Notes: generated by a model not told the origin, from the sequence alone. Positions 26,396-39,964 are shown, numbered from the stretch's first letter. The stretch is 64,000 nucleotides of DNA from Octopus vulgaris (GCA_951406725.2 OX597818.1:55304001-55368000); one strand, 5' to 3'. Numbers and translations: made by a program.

Positions 26396-27648
26396 TGCAA
26401 AATAAGCGGTTCGACAAGAGGGACCGATAGAATGAAAACCAGACTTGGAGAGATCGAACTATATATATATATATTGAAACAGCTGTGACCTTTGTAGAGT
26501 TTTACTTTCTGAACCGTACGCGTGTTGTATGCAACGGGTCTTTCGTCAAGAGGCTTACTTTAATAAAAAAAATATAAATACTGGAGTGCTACAGTATGGC
26601 CACTGTCCATCGATTAAAACAGCTAGAAGAAAGAGATAATGTATGTGTCGACATATAGCATTTTTTTAAATATGTTAGCATGTTGAAGCTACTGTTTTTA
26701 CAGCTGGATGCTTTTCTGACTTGTAATCTGCCAAGCGTGAAACGGGGAGTGGAGCCTGGTTTATGGCATCCAACTTGCCAGACAAACCAGCCGACCACCA
26801 GAGTTCTGTCCCTTGTTCAATGGTGGAGGAGGTGGAAAAGGGAGCGGGGTTTATATCGCAGTAATGCGACCTTAAATTCACATCCATATTGGTCGGTCCT
26901 TAAAGAAGCACACCTGGCATTGCTCCAGATTTTGATACAAGGCCAGAAATTTTGGGATGGTGTTGGTCTTTTGATTGGCGTTTTTCTCTTATCGTCTGCG
27001 AAAGGTTGAAAAGCAAGGAGAGGGTTGTCCTTGGCGGGATTTGAACTTTGAATATGAAAAGAAAAAAAAAAACCCGAAGAAATGTCACTAGGCTTTTTGT
27101 GCGACGCGCTAAAAAAGGGCCTGCATTTTTTTTTTTTTTTTAAAGGGAAAGGATTGGTCGATATTATTGGTACTTTATTTCATCGATTCCCTAAAGGGTT
27201 CTATTTCTTACTTGCCGAATCTGGAGAAAGGGTTAGTAGAGCCTAGAGCCCATGCAGGCCCTCAGATGTGGGTGAGTTTTGGAGCCGTGTTTAAATTAAG
27301 CTATCCTTCGGAAACCGTTTTAGAGTCAAGTTCTGGCTGCTATTTCAAGCGTGGTGGTATCTCTTACATACCCTAAATTATAATTTTAATAATAATTATT
27401 ACCTTTGAAGGTTTTTATTACCCATGCTGGCCACTTGATAAGTTCGATAATTAAATAACGATCTTATCCTTATTTGCATAAATTTATATATATATATATA
27501 TATATATATAGGGAGATGTACTCGCATAGCAAGTAATTTGATCTGAGATCGTGTGATGAAACGAAAACAATTGCAGCGTGGAAGGTGTTTATAAGCCATT
27601 TAAGAAACACACAAAAGCCGTTCGATTCACTCCAACATTTAAGTTTAA

Positions 27649-27698
27649 TTTGTCAAAATATTTTCGTCGCTAAAATCCGCGACCTGTTCACTGACAAA
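27649..27698 (-). ncRNA. Minimal type I hammerhead motif with G3-C8 core variant
   Basis: UUUGUCA-GUGAACA-G-GUCGC-ggauuuua-GCGAC-GAA-AAUAUU-U-UGACAAA: 7-bp stem I, 5-bp stem II, palindromic stem III. Confidence 0.6.
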
Positions 27699-28090
27699 GT
27701 CCGTGCTGCATCTCTCTCTTTCTATATATATATATGTGTGTGTGTTTGTGTAAGTATATGTATGTATTAATGCACAAATATACATATATGCGTATAAGCA
27801 CATACGTACGCAAACAAAAAAAATACATAAACAGCGATTCAGCTGGGAGTGGCAATTAAAGAAATAAATTTTAGAAAATTGACAGAAACTGCCGAACAAA
27901 TAGTTTTCAGTTTTCATATACCATCTCCGAAGGATTGCCTTAAATTGATCAACACCTGCACGAAAAACATGAGCTAAGAGAAGATTCCAGATGACTGATT
28001 TTCTTGGGTAGAAAGTACCAGTTGAACACTAAGGCTGATGTACCCGACTTGCCCTCCCCTCAAAATTAATGGCCATTAGATTTTATTATA

Positions 28091-28129
<39 letters not shown>

Positions 28130-28643
28130 GTCGGTGCTGTTCTCCTCGGCATTTATGTGTATAGCAGTCTCTGTTTTACACTAAGTATAGGCGCATACTT
28201 CCCAACTACATGGTTCCGGGTTCAGTCCCACTGCGTGGCACCTTGCGCAAGTGTCTTCTACTATAGCCTCAGGCCGACCAAAACCTCGTGAGTGGATTTG
28301 GTAGATGGAAACTGAAAGAAGCCCGTATGTGCGTTTCTGTTTGGTCTCCACCCACTGCTTGACAACCGGTGTTGGTGTGTTTACGTCCTCCTAAGTTATT
28401 GGTTCGGCAAAAATTCAGGCTTAAATATAAACTAAGATCAGTACTGGAGTCGACTAAAATTCTACAACGCTGTATGTATGCAGGAGTGGCTGTGTGGTAA
28501 GTAGCTTGCTAACCAACCACATGGTTCCGGGTTCAGTTCCACTGCATGGCACCTTGGGCAAGTGTCTTCTACTATAGTTTCGGGCCGACCAAAACCTTGA
28601 GTGGATTTGGTAGACGGAAACTGAATGAAGCCCGTCGTATATT

Positions 28644-28691
<48 letters not shown>

Positions 28692-29454
28692 GTGTGTATG
28701 TCCCCCCCCCCCAAACATCGCTTGGCAACCGATGCTGGTGTGTTTACGTCCTCGTAACTTAGCGGTTCAGCAAAAGGAGACCGATAGAATAAGTACTAAC
28801 TAGGCTTACAAAGAATAAGTCCTGGGGGTCGATTTTGCTCGGCTAAAGGCGGCGCTCCAGCATGGCCGCAGTCAACATGACTGAAACAAGTAAACGAGTC
28901 AAAGCGGTGCCCCAGCATGGTCGCAGTCGAATGACTGAAACGAGTAAAAGAATAACAGAATGTGTATACACACACACACACACACACACATATACATACG
29001 TGCACGCACATACATTCATCCAGTGTTTCGTCCAGCCTCTCCCTTCTACCCCACCACCACCATCTTCGCCACCGCCATCACCGTCGGTGCCCGTTCTTGG
29101 AAACTAATGTCTCCACACGTGCAGCACACGGCACACTGATCCATTTAACGACGACTCATTAAAAAACAGAGAGAGAGAGAGGAAGAAAGCGTGTGTGTGT
29201 GTGTATGCGCATAGGTGTTTTGTTAGTGTGGATAAGATGCGTGTGTGTGGGTGTATGAGTGAGTGTGGTGAGTAGATAAATTTGAGTATGTGCGTGTGGT
29301 GCTTGGATGCGTGAGTCATACTGAGATGGAGAATTGTGTGTGTGTGTGTGTTTGTGTGTGTTGATGGATTATGTCTATCTCTGTATGATAGTGTTTTTTC
29401 ATGGATGTATGGAGCCCGAGAGAGCAAGAGTTTGTATACGTGTGTAGATGTGTG

Positions 29455-29765
29455 TGTAGATATATGTATGTAGATATATATATATGTATATGTATGTAGA
29501 TATATATATGTATATGTATGTAGATATATATATGTATATGTATGTAGATATATATATGTATATGTATGTAGATATGTATGTAGATATATATATGTATATG
29601 TATGTAGATATATATATGTATATGTATGTAGATATATATATGTATATGTATGTAGATATATATATGTATATGTATGTAGATATATATATGTATATGTATG
29701 TAGATATATATATGTATATGTATGTAGATATATATATATGTATATGTATGTAGATATATGTATAT
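29455..29765. repeat. 24-bp minisatellite TAGATATATATATGTATATGTATG, about 12 copies
   Basis: Direct reading. It produces the VDIYMYMY repeat ORFs. Confidence 0.9.
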
Positions 29766-30616
29766 ATGTATGTACATATATATATATAATGTATATATGT
29801 GTATATATATATATATTTGTATGTATGTATGATGTTTGGGCGCGTAGATGGATAGAAGTGTGGTGTGTGTTGGCGTTTTTCGTGGATGTGTGTGTGTGTG
29901 TGTGTGAGGGGTGGAGAGAGAGAGAGAACATCTTGACATGAATAACCTTTAATCGCGAAGTGAAATGATGAAGAAAAAAAAAAACTTTTACACTAACTGC
30001 TTCGTTTGGTACCTTGAAAAAAAAAATAAGAGAAAAAGAAAAGAGAAACTGTGCTTACTAGTTTCTTAGCGTGTTCTGGTGGCGTCACTAATTGGTCACT
30101 TACTGCTTACAAGTACTTACACACACACACACAGACAATATTTACTGGTTTACACATACATACGTACACACATCTCACACACATTCACTCTAGTCTTCTT
30201 CACATCCTTATTCAAACAAAAACGCAGATTTTACGAAACGAAATTTTAGATCCGTGATCTTAACGGAAGAGAGCAAGCATTTTGTTGGAAGAACTAGTTA
30301 ATCCTCAACTCCGTGTTCAGGTCTGATGAACGAACAGATTTTTTTTTATCGAAGTGGTTCCAATTATGACCACTTCTCCTTTTTTACAAACTGCGTATGC
30401 TGCATTTAAAATTATCCTACGTTTCTTTCCCGGATCAGCCAATGTTCGACAATTGGATATAGATTTGATATTTCAGTATTTTAGTTACTTCGCTTTGGTT
30501 TTTGAGTTCAAATCTTCTCGATGTTAGTTATATATATATTCAAAATGTGACCGCGTGTGTACCGTTGGCGATTTTTCCCCTCCGTCTTCCCTTCCTTGGA
30601 TCTTTCCTTTTCCTAT

Positions 30617-30651
30617 GTTTCTGACGAAGAGCTCCGCTCGAAACGTTAAAC
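30617..30651 (+). ncRNA. Minimal type I hammerhead motif inside a Penelope-like remnant (about 30540-30755)
   Basis: GUUU-CUGACGA-A-GAGC-ucc-GCUC-GAA-ACGU-U-AAAC. The remnant is flanked by (TA)n and (TAGA)n. Confidence 0.6.
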
Positions 30652-31149
30652 CCTCCTTCTTCCCTTCCTTCTTGAGCGTCCAATAATACTATTTTTGTTC
30701 CACGTCCTCGCGTTGTTGTGTTTTCTCTTTGTGTTTTCATGTTTGGATTAACTATAGATATAGATAGATAGGTAGATAGATAGGGTACATGTATGTATAA
30801 TGAATACAGCGTATATTATAAAATTAACTATAGTATCTTCTACACGTGTTTCAGTGATCGCGAGGGATATTACGTAACGATTTCCTTATGCAATGCTTGG
30901 TCATCATCACGTCATCAGACGTTGCTATTTGAAACGTGCGTCCATATGCGCGCACACACACTCACAAAGAAAGAAGTAGATAGGAATAACAAAACAAAAG
31001 TTAGATATTCTACAGCATTCTTAAGAACAAAATTTAATTGCCTAAGCACAGCATCTTTCAAGACAATATAAATTAAACAAAAACACAATTGTCCAAACAT
31101 TACGTTCTCTTAAATAACCAGTGCATATAATGCACTATATCATATGTAT

Positions 31150-31395
31150 CTAGAGCTACCAGTACATGAGCTTTTTCAGATACCTTCGCAAACAAGACAA
31201 CGTCGCTCTTAAAAATACATTTGGCTTAAAGAAAGACGTGTCTCCGACATTGACCAGCTTTGAAAGTACAGAGCATCCACAGTAATTGTTCAAAACAGCG
31301 CAGTTTATGTTTAGCTGAGAAATATCGCATCAAAAAACAATCCACGCCGATAATAGACCAAACGACAAAGCTAATGTAGATTGGCAGGCAAAATA
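31150..31395 (+). pseudogene. Decayed Penelope-like GIY-YIG endonuclease C-terminus
   Basis: Frameshifted translation YMSFFRYLRKQDNVAL/KYIWLK...HSNCSKQRSLCLAEKYRI...L resembles the SF..LSKYIW.LK...KRC.LCL.EK..I motif of PLE endonucleases. Confidence 0.6.
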
Positions 31396-32006
31396 TCTCA
31401 AAACTAGCTCGTTGTGTCCAAATACCTGGATTCTGACAAAACCATGTTATTGATTTACCGGCAGTCTGTGTGTGTGTGTGTGTGTGTGTTTATATTGAGT
31501 TATGTTAATGGCAATTTTACATTAAACTTAAGGATTGCTCAATACTTTTTCTGAAGTACATATTTATTATTAATGTTTATCAAGACAATGACCTCGAAGT
31601 TTCGGCCTCTTTCTGAAGTCACTGTCATCACTATTCTTAAAGAATAATGTACATAGTTTGTGTGTGCGCGCGCGTCCGAAGTGGTAATAATAGTAACTTG
31701 ATACGAGGAGTTTATACAAAAAAATACTAAGATAATTATTATTGTTGTTGTTCTCGTTAAAGTCGACGAGCTGGCAGAAACGTTAGCACGCTGGGCGAAA
31801 TATTTAACAGTATTTCGCTTGTCTTTACGTTCTGAGTTCAAATTCCGCCAAGGTCGACTTTGTCTTTCATCCTTTCGAGGTCGATAAATTAAGTACCAGT
31901 TGCGTACTGGGATCGATCTAATCAACTGGTCCCCTTCCCCAAATTTCAGGCCTTGTGCCTCGAGTAGAGAAGATTGTTGTTGTTGTTGTTCTTCTTCTTC
32001 TTCTTC

Positions 32007-32041
<35 letters not shown>

Positions 32042-32087
32042 AATAAAACGCTACCACGCATATTTCTCGTTTCCACATGCACTCATT

Positions 32088-32467
32088 CACATTCTCTTGA
32101 AAAACGCCGCCGCCGTGGTGATCTCATTCTCGCCCACAACATCATAAGCGGAAAGTGTAACCTCTCGAAAGAGCTGTTCTTCACTCCTGCTCCAGAGCGT
32201 CGGCTGCGGGGTCATTCCGAAAAGCTCTACCTGCGACGAATTCATCTCAATCGAAGGAGAGAAGCTTTCTCCGTCCGGGTTGCGGATCCGTGGAACAAGC
32301 TGCCAGGCGAGATGGTGAAGATGCCGACGACCGCTCGGTTCAAAGTCTCCCTTGACCTCAAGTGGCCTGAACTCTTTACATGAACACCACCCTGTACTTA
32401 ACTCCATGTCCCCCTACATGGCCTTGCTATTTGCTTTTGAGCCAAATTAACTAACTAACTAACTAAC
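32088..32467 (+). mobile_element. 5'-truncated CR1/L2-group LINE 3' end (ORF2 C-terminus, stop at 32381-32383, short UTR, (CTAA)n tail)
   Basis: SLEKRRRRGDLI...FF...RGHSEKL...R..FSVRV...WNKLP...FK..LD is the typical CR1-group ORF2 tail. The frame is uninterrupted. Confidence 0.9.
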
Positions 32468-32660
32468 ATGAGCAGAACATGTTAGATATTGCGAAGTTTT
32501 TATTGGCCAAGTTCAATTTTGCATCGCAATAAATCTGAAAGGTGATTAAATATAAAATTTCCAAACCAATTACATTCATTTCATTATATCCAGTAAAGTA
32601 ATTGAGTTACAGGATATAAACCCAAAGCCCCCTCTCTCTCCTCTCTCTCTCTCTCTCTCT

Positions 32661-32719
<59 letters not shown>

Positions 32720-33057
32720 TTCTCTTCAATAAAAAAAACACTGTTTTAATATTGGCATTGAGTAAAACTTTTTTAGAACTTAATTACTTGTCCGTTAATT
32801 ACGAGTTGTGAAGTTTGTTTTCAAATTCAAAACAATCTGAAGTTTATATTGTTAAGCCAATACGACAACCTTTCTTATTATGTACAGGTACATATATATA
32901 TGTTCTTTCTTTCTTACCTGTCTGTGTTTGCCTTTCAAGTGCTGTGTTTTTACTGAGATCCCCCTTTTAGTAGAAGGAATAGCTATATCTCTTTGACTGC
33001 TATTTCTAAATTCGGTGTGTTGGTGAGTCTATTCTTTTCTAAACCCTTAATTACTTA

Positions 33058-33101
<44 letters not shown>

Positions 33102-34605
33102 TGTACGTGTTAAGAGAAGTGTGTTCTCGTGCAGGAAAGAAAATAGGAGAGTTGGTTTGGGGGGCTTTAAGACGCACCTGAGTCTTAAAACGTCTGATAA
33201 GACTCAGGTGCATTATCATCCCCCCAAACCAACTTCTCTATATTTTTTCCTGCGTGGGAATGCACTCTTTTCCTCCATACATATATATATATATACACCT
33301 TGCAAGGAATGGAAATGCCCTTCAAATAAAACCAACGGGAAAAAATAACATTTCTCTTACTGGTTTCAGTCATTTGACTGCGGCCATGCTGGAGCACCGC
33401 CTTTCGTTGAGCAAACCGACCCCCAGAACTTATTCTTTGTAAGCCTAGTACTTATTCTATCGGTCACTTTTGTCGAACCGCTTAGTTACAGGGCGCAACA
33501 CATTAGCATCGGTTGTGAAGCGATGTTGGGAGGACAAATACAGACACAAACATATACACACACATATATGCATACATATATACGACGGACTTCTTTCAGT
33601 TCCGTCTACCGAATCCACTCACAAGGCTTTGGTTGGCCCGAGGCTATAGTAGAAGACACTTGCCCAAGGTGCTACGCAGCGGGACTGAACCCGGAACCAT
33701 GTGGTTGATAAGCAAGCTACTAACCACACAGCCACTCCTACGCTTGTATAAACTCCAAGAAATCAATTCGAACCTCGAATTCTTAACGAAGAAATTCTAT
33801 TCAAAATTTGATAACTTCCACGTTTTAAAACTCGGGTGCATCTTCAATCCCCAAAACCAAATCTGATATATAATGTGTGTATGGTAAGAAGCTTGTTTCG
33901 TAACCACATGGCTCCGGGTTCAGTCCCACTGCGTGGAACCTTGAGCAGGTGTCTTCTACTGTAGCCTCGAGCCAACCAAAGCCTTGTGAGTGGATTTGCT
34001 AGACGGAAACTGAAAGAAGCCTGTCATATATGTGTGTGTCTCTTTGTGTCTGTCTTTTTGCCCTCCATCACCGCTTGAGAACCGATGGTGTTGTGTAAAC
34101 GTTCCTCTATGCTAACGGTTCGGCAAGAGATTCTGACAGAATATGTACCCGGCTTCTAAAACACATAAGCACTGGTGTCGACTCGTTCGATAAAAATTCT
34201 TCAAGGCAGTGTGTATGTGTACTTGTATGAATATGTATGAGTGCCCTATGTAATGTGTATGTGTGTGTATGAACACCCACGCAAAATGTATGTTATGTAT
34301 GAAGTAAAAATAGAGTATTGTTTAAAGAACCCGATGTGTGAATGAGTGTATGAATGGTGTGAAAATATGTTGAAGTGTGTGTGTGTGTGTGTGTGTGTGT
34401 TAGTGACAGTGGCTGCAATATGGAAGACAGTGGCTCCATTGTCAGCCAGCCTCTATGACTTCCCTTGGGAGACAAGGCTTGTCACGTTTCCGCTCAAATC
34501 GGGCGACCACGTGACCGATGATATCCAGGTACAAATGTGGTGTGCAGCTGAAAATCATCAAATAGTCCTCTCAATACACAACACACACACGAACATACAT
34601 ATATG

Positions 34606-34643
<38 letters not shown>

Positions 34644-34856
34644 GATGCATACATACACTCATACACAGGCAGATAGAGGCCCCATAGTGTGTGTGTGTCT
34701 TGTATTAATCTTGTCTTTCTCTCACTTCCGTATTTTGAATAATTTTACCAGTATCACTCATATTTTAAGATTGTGTAGGCGTAGGTTTTTTTTCATACAC
34801 ACACGCACATTCATTATATAGATAAATATGTAATTAAAAATAAATTAATAAATAGT

Positions 34857-34902
<46 letters not shown>

Positions 34903-35954
34903 TGTGTTTTCACGCCACTCCGCACGTAGATTGGAGTGGAACTATTCTAGGGCTTATCGATAGTTTACCGATAGATATCCGATCGTGAACGCGTTGTGCT
35001 GTATTGAACGACTTCAATGTATACACACGAACCGCAGAAACACGTATTTATTTCTTTAGTGCCCACAGGGGGTTAAACATAGAGAGGACGAACAAGGACA
35101 GACAAAGGGATTAAGTCTATCCCAGTGCTTAATTTATCGACCCCGAAAGGATGAAAGGCAAAGTCGACCTCGGCTGGATTTGAACTCAGAACGTAACGGC
35201 AGACGAAATACGGCTACGCATTTCGCCCGGCCCGGCGTGCTAACGATTCTGCCAGCTCGCCGCCTTCGCAAGAACACATGTTGATATGTGAAATTGTATG
35301 CTCTCTCTGTCTGTTTGTCTTTCTCTCTCTCTCTCTCTCTGTCCCTGTTTAAAAACTCTCTCACATATCTATCTGTGTGTGAAAAGACGAGTGTATGCAT
35401 ATGTATGCGTGCATGCATGCACACACAGATAGATAAATACGCATGTGTGTATATATATATAGTTCAAATTTAGAGAAAACAAAAGGCGAAGACAATAAAA
35501 GGAACAACAAGCAAGTGTAGTAGTTTAAGCCTCGGGAAGAATGGGGAAGTCTTCGACGTTTCGAGCCTACGCCCTTTAACGGAAAGAACTGAGAGGTGGG
35601 GAAACGGAGAGAGAAAGAAAATGTGTAGAGATTAACGGTTCAACATTGTGTGTGTGTGTGTGTGTGTAAAATAGATAAGCAGGTTAAAAGGAAAATATTC
35701 AATAAATATAGCAGAATTTGGATGTGATCTGGTGAGGTGTTCTGTGCTCCTCTCTTGGGTTTGCATTTAATCATCCCCCGTGCCACCGTGAGACTTCCTT
35801 CATCGGAGAAGACGGTTTTAACCATTCGTTCGCCAATCTCTCACACGAAGAGTAACTCACTTTCTTTATTTTGGCACTCAGGCCACTAACACAGAGGGGA
35901 CACAACACCACAGTGGGGACAATTAACATAAAACGAATGAATATTATATAATAA

Positions 35955-36180
35955 TTAATTCATTTATTGGCCACAAGGGTTAACAAAAATCAATTAAAAC
36001 ATAAAGGGACAAAACACAGGACGAAAGTTACAAAGGGTTTTGTCCGTTTGAAAAAGGTCCGTGTACAAAAGCAGGATAACAACGAAATATAAGTAACAAT
36101 TAAAACTCCCAATAGGGGGAGCCGCTTCGAAAGGGTTACTCGTGGAAAAACCCCTAAAAGCCACGGGAGCCTGGTCAAAA
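35955..36180 (-). mobile_element. Probable LINE 3' UTR fragment
   Basis: Minus strand ends ACCCTTGTGGCCAATAAATG, similar to the SINE-B tail CCCCTTGTGGGTAGTAAAGAAA. Confidence 0.4.
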
Positions 36181-36355
36181 GTGGGGTAGATAGCCTCTTT
36201 CTCCTTTTATATTTCCTTGTGATTTTTCACAGGTGAATCCTCAGAATTGGTCCGCCATGGGCCCCACTCATCTCATCTCATGTAGTACCATTTGAACGTT
36301 TGTACACACAGTCTTGTCACTATCTGTTGAGAGTAACTCGTGAGCAACTACTCAC

Positions 36356-36395
36356 CATGCTGGGACGGGTTGAACGACCGGGGTGAACTTCATAT
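36356..36395 (-). CDS. Candidate 40-nt exon (MKFTPVVQPVPA or YEVHPGRSTRPSM)
   Basis: Acceptor TCTCTAAGTTTATTCCCAG, GC-rich body, consensus donor ATG|GTGAGT. Confidence 0.35.
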
Positions 36396-38216
36396 CTGGG
36401 AATAAACTTAGAGAGTACCCTCGCTCTCTGAGAGTACCCTCACTCTCTTGCTTGTATATCAAACTTAAAAGCATGACACATGCCTGTACGTACACAAAAC
36501 CGGTCTCTAAGCACGTGTGTGTCGTAAAGATATATCCTACATGTGCGAATAGAATTTGGGGAAAAAAAAAAAAGGGAAATGGCAAACATTGCAAAAAAGA
36601 TTTTTTAAATAACTGAGATAATACATTGTACTGTGACCCTAAAATGATGTTGGAATGTGCAGCGGCCCCTTATTTCGCAACATATGGCGCAGAATAACTC
36701 GGATAAACTAAAATGAAAATATGCTTGAAAAATATCTGAAGTATTTCAGCTACTTTGGGTGTTTATGCAATATTAGGGAGTCGGAGTGTGTGTGGGGGGT
36801 ATCTACCACTCTCTCCTTCACTTCTCCCCCACTTTGTCAACACACCAACATATGTATGTGTGTCTCTTATCTTTTACTTGGTTCCAGCCGTTACACTGCG
36901 GCTATACTGGGGCACTGCCTTGAAGAATTCTTAGTCGAATAAATCGACCCCAGGACATTATTTTGTCTTTTAAACCAGGTGTACTTATTCTATCTTGCGC
37001 CGGACCGCTAGCTTAGAGGGACGTGAACACACCGACACCGGTTGTCAGGCGGTGATGCAGGGAACAAGTGTCTTCTACTATAGTCTCGGGCTGACCAAAG
37101 CCTTGTGAGTCGATTTGGTAGACGGAAACTGAAAGAAGCCCGTTGTGTATATATAGGTGTGTGGGTGTGTGTTTGACCCTCCCCCAAACATCGCTTGACA
37201 ACCGATGCTGGTGTGCTTGTCCCCATAACTTAGCGGTTTGGCAAAAAAGACCGATAGAATAAGTACTAGGCTTACAAAGAATAAGTCCTGGGATCGATTT
37301 GGTCGACTAAAGGCGGTGCTCCAGCATGGTCGCAGTCAAATTACTGAAACAAATAGAAGAATGAAGTCACCCATCAATTACTTTAACCGATCATAAAAAC
37401 AAGCATTAATATATATTGTGGAGGCGCAATGGCTCAGTGGTTAGGTCAGCTGACTCGCGGTCGTAAGATTGCGGTTTCGATTCCCAGACCGGGCATTGTG
37501 AGCGAAAACACCTAAAGTTCCCCAAGGCTCCAGCAAGAGGTAGTGGTGAACCCTGCTGTACTCTTTCACCATATCTTTCTCTAACTCTTTCTTCCTGTTT
37601 CTGTTGTATTCACAAAGGGCCAGTCTTGTCTCACTCTCTGTCACGCTGAATCTCCCCAAAAACTACGTTAAGGGTACACGTGTCTGAGGAGTGCTCAGCC
37701 ACTTGCACGTTAACTTCACGAGCAGGTTGTTCCGCTGATCGGATCAACTGGAACCCTCGTCGTCGCAACCGACGGAGTGCCACTCATATAAGTGAATATC
37801 TCAGGATTTAAATTCCCACTTTTCTCTCTGTATACATTATCAGCTTGCTCCACTCGTTTAATGTAAATGGTTTGTAGCCAGCAGCGAAATCTATAACTGT
37901 GAATGACTTGTAAACATACATACATAGACGTATACATACATTTATAGTAAAAACGTCTTTGTACACAGCCAGTTGTCGCCCTACAACCGAAGCTACACAA
38001 CAGCTGCTGTCTCATTCACAAAAAAAATCTTTTAAGTCACGTACCATCTCTTTCCTTCCTACCACTTGTAGCACGCGCACACGCAACTGGCTTTTGCGCC
38101 CGTGGTGGTGGTGGTGGTAGTGCGAGGTGAGGGGACAGTTCTTTGAGTTTGGATGTGTCCGATTCCCTTTTATCTTGTTCTTCCTCAATTTTGGTTTTGA
38201 TCCGGTTTATATTCTG

Positions 38217-38248
<32 letters not shown>

Positions 38249-39613
38249 CCAACGTGGTTTAAATACTGCGCTCTGATTTTCCCGCCTTTTATTTTAGCCA
38301 AGATTTCAACACGCGCTCGCATGTGTACACACACACACACACACGCGCGCGCGCGTATACGGTGGGCTTCATTCAACAGGTTCTGTCTACCTAATTCAGT
38401 TATTGGTAAATTCAAGGCCATAGCCGACGCTTGCCTAATGTGCCGCGCAGTGGTATTGAACCGGAAACCATATTGTTACAAAGCGAGCTTATTAGCTATG
38501 TATTCACGCACAGGGGCTGATGCAAGAATCACACCTCTCCTTGAAAAATGCAATTAAAATTTTTTTTTTTCCCTATTCCCACGTTTTAGATGTCGGAGAT
38601 TATGAATATGCTATAAAAAAAAAACCCCCACCTTCAAATTTTAAATTTTGAACTGAGAGGCGGGGTGGGGTGAAAACTGAATTTGAGGGTAGGAGAGGTT
38701 GATGTGAGGATTTTAAATTTGGAAAAGGTGGGTTACAAAAAAAAATATTTCGAATGAGTTCAAAATTTAAAATTGAGGAAGATTAGGGAGTGAAATTTTA
38801 AAAGGCGTGGGGGAGGACATATTCGTAATCTCGGACATCGAAAACGTAGGAGGCGGAATTTGAACTCAGAACGTAGCGGCCGACGAAATACCTCTTAGCA
38901 TTTTGCCAGGCGTGCTAACGTTTCTACCAACTTACTGATAGACACAGGAACAGACGAGGCTTTAGATGGTCGTTCGTCCTGCTAGAAATAACAGCCAGAT
39001 TTCTCTCGACCCTTAAAACAAACGAAATGAAGAAAGAAATAATTAGATAAATTATTATGTCGAAAAAAAAACGACGACAGAATATGATTAACAAGAGATG
39101 GTCACGTCCAGAACGCTTTTAGCCTGCTTACTAAAAAGATCACCGTCAACTTCTAATTTTAACACCTACAACTTGCTTAACGACAAAAGTATATGCGTGC
39201 GTGCGTGAGTGAGTGAGTGACTTTTACACAAAATGTATCAATGAGATTTTCTTTTCCCGTCGTCTCCTTCTCTCCGTCCTCGTTTTTTTTTTATTTTAAT
39301 TCATTCACACATTTGCTGTGCGAGTCTCTCTCTCTCTCTTTGCCTCCTTTTATTCCAGTCATGTTCACACACGTAGCAGTCGCAGTGGTGGTGCTGGTGG
39401 TAGTGGTGGTGGTTGTGATGTTGTGTGTCTATCAATGATGTCGCTTGTACGGTTTTTAGACATGGCTACCCCAAATTCTGTTAAAACACTTACAGAGAGA
39501 AAGAAGCTGGCAAGTTCACCCACCCCACTCTCTCTCTTTCTCTTTTTGTCCCTCCCGTCTTTCCCCTCTCTCAAATTGCTATCTATTTTGTTACGCACGC
39601 AACATACATACAT

Positions 39614-39647
<34 letters not shown>

Positions 39648-39650
39648 TAT

Positions 39651-39768
39651 TTTATTTTATAGAAGGAGCTTCTACAGGACTAGAACTGTTTCATTCAAAT
39701 GAGCTTCCTGAAGATTTCATTTGAATGAAACAGTTCTAGTCCTGTAGAAGCTCCTTCTATAAAATAAA
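39651..39768. repeat. Perfect 52-bp-arm fold-back (14-nt loop), Penelope-like inverted terminal remnant
   Basis: 39651-39702 is the exact reverse complement of 39717-39768. The continuation 39770-39810 matches 1079-1155 in reverse. Confidence 0.9.
39701..39753 (+). ncRNA. Type I hammerhead ribozyme motif
   Basis: GAGCUUC-CUGAAGA-u(UUC auuu GAA)u-GAA-ACAG-uucuaguc-CUGU-A-GAAGCUC: 7-bp stem I, 4-bp stem III, GUA cleavage site. Confidence 0.7.
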
Positions 39769-39807
39769 TTAATTTACTCTATGTATTGAGTACCTTATTT
39801 CAGGACC

Positions 39808-39889
<82 letters not shown>

Positions 39890-39964
39890 GTGTGTATATT
39901 CACTTATTTGTGAATATATATATAGATATCTATCACTCACGCATGGCCTATATGCATGCGTGTG

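Noticed and set aside
29104-29939. 275-aa and 207-aa ORFs
   Set aside because: Products of the 24-bp minisatellite.
37419-37495. SINE heads as functional tRNA genes
   Set aside because: They continue into conserved SINE bodies and lack a proper acceptor stem and terminator.
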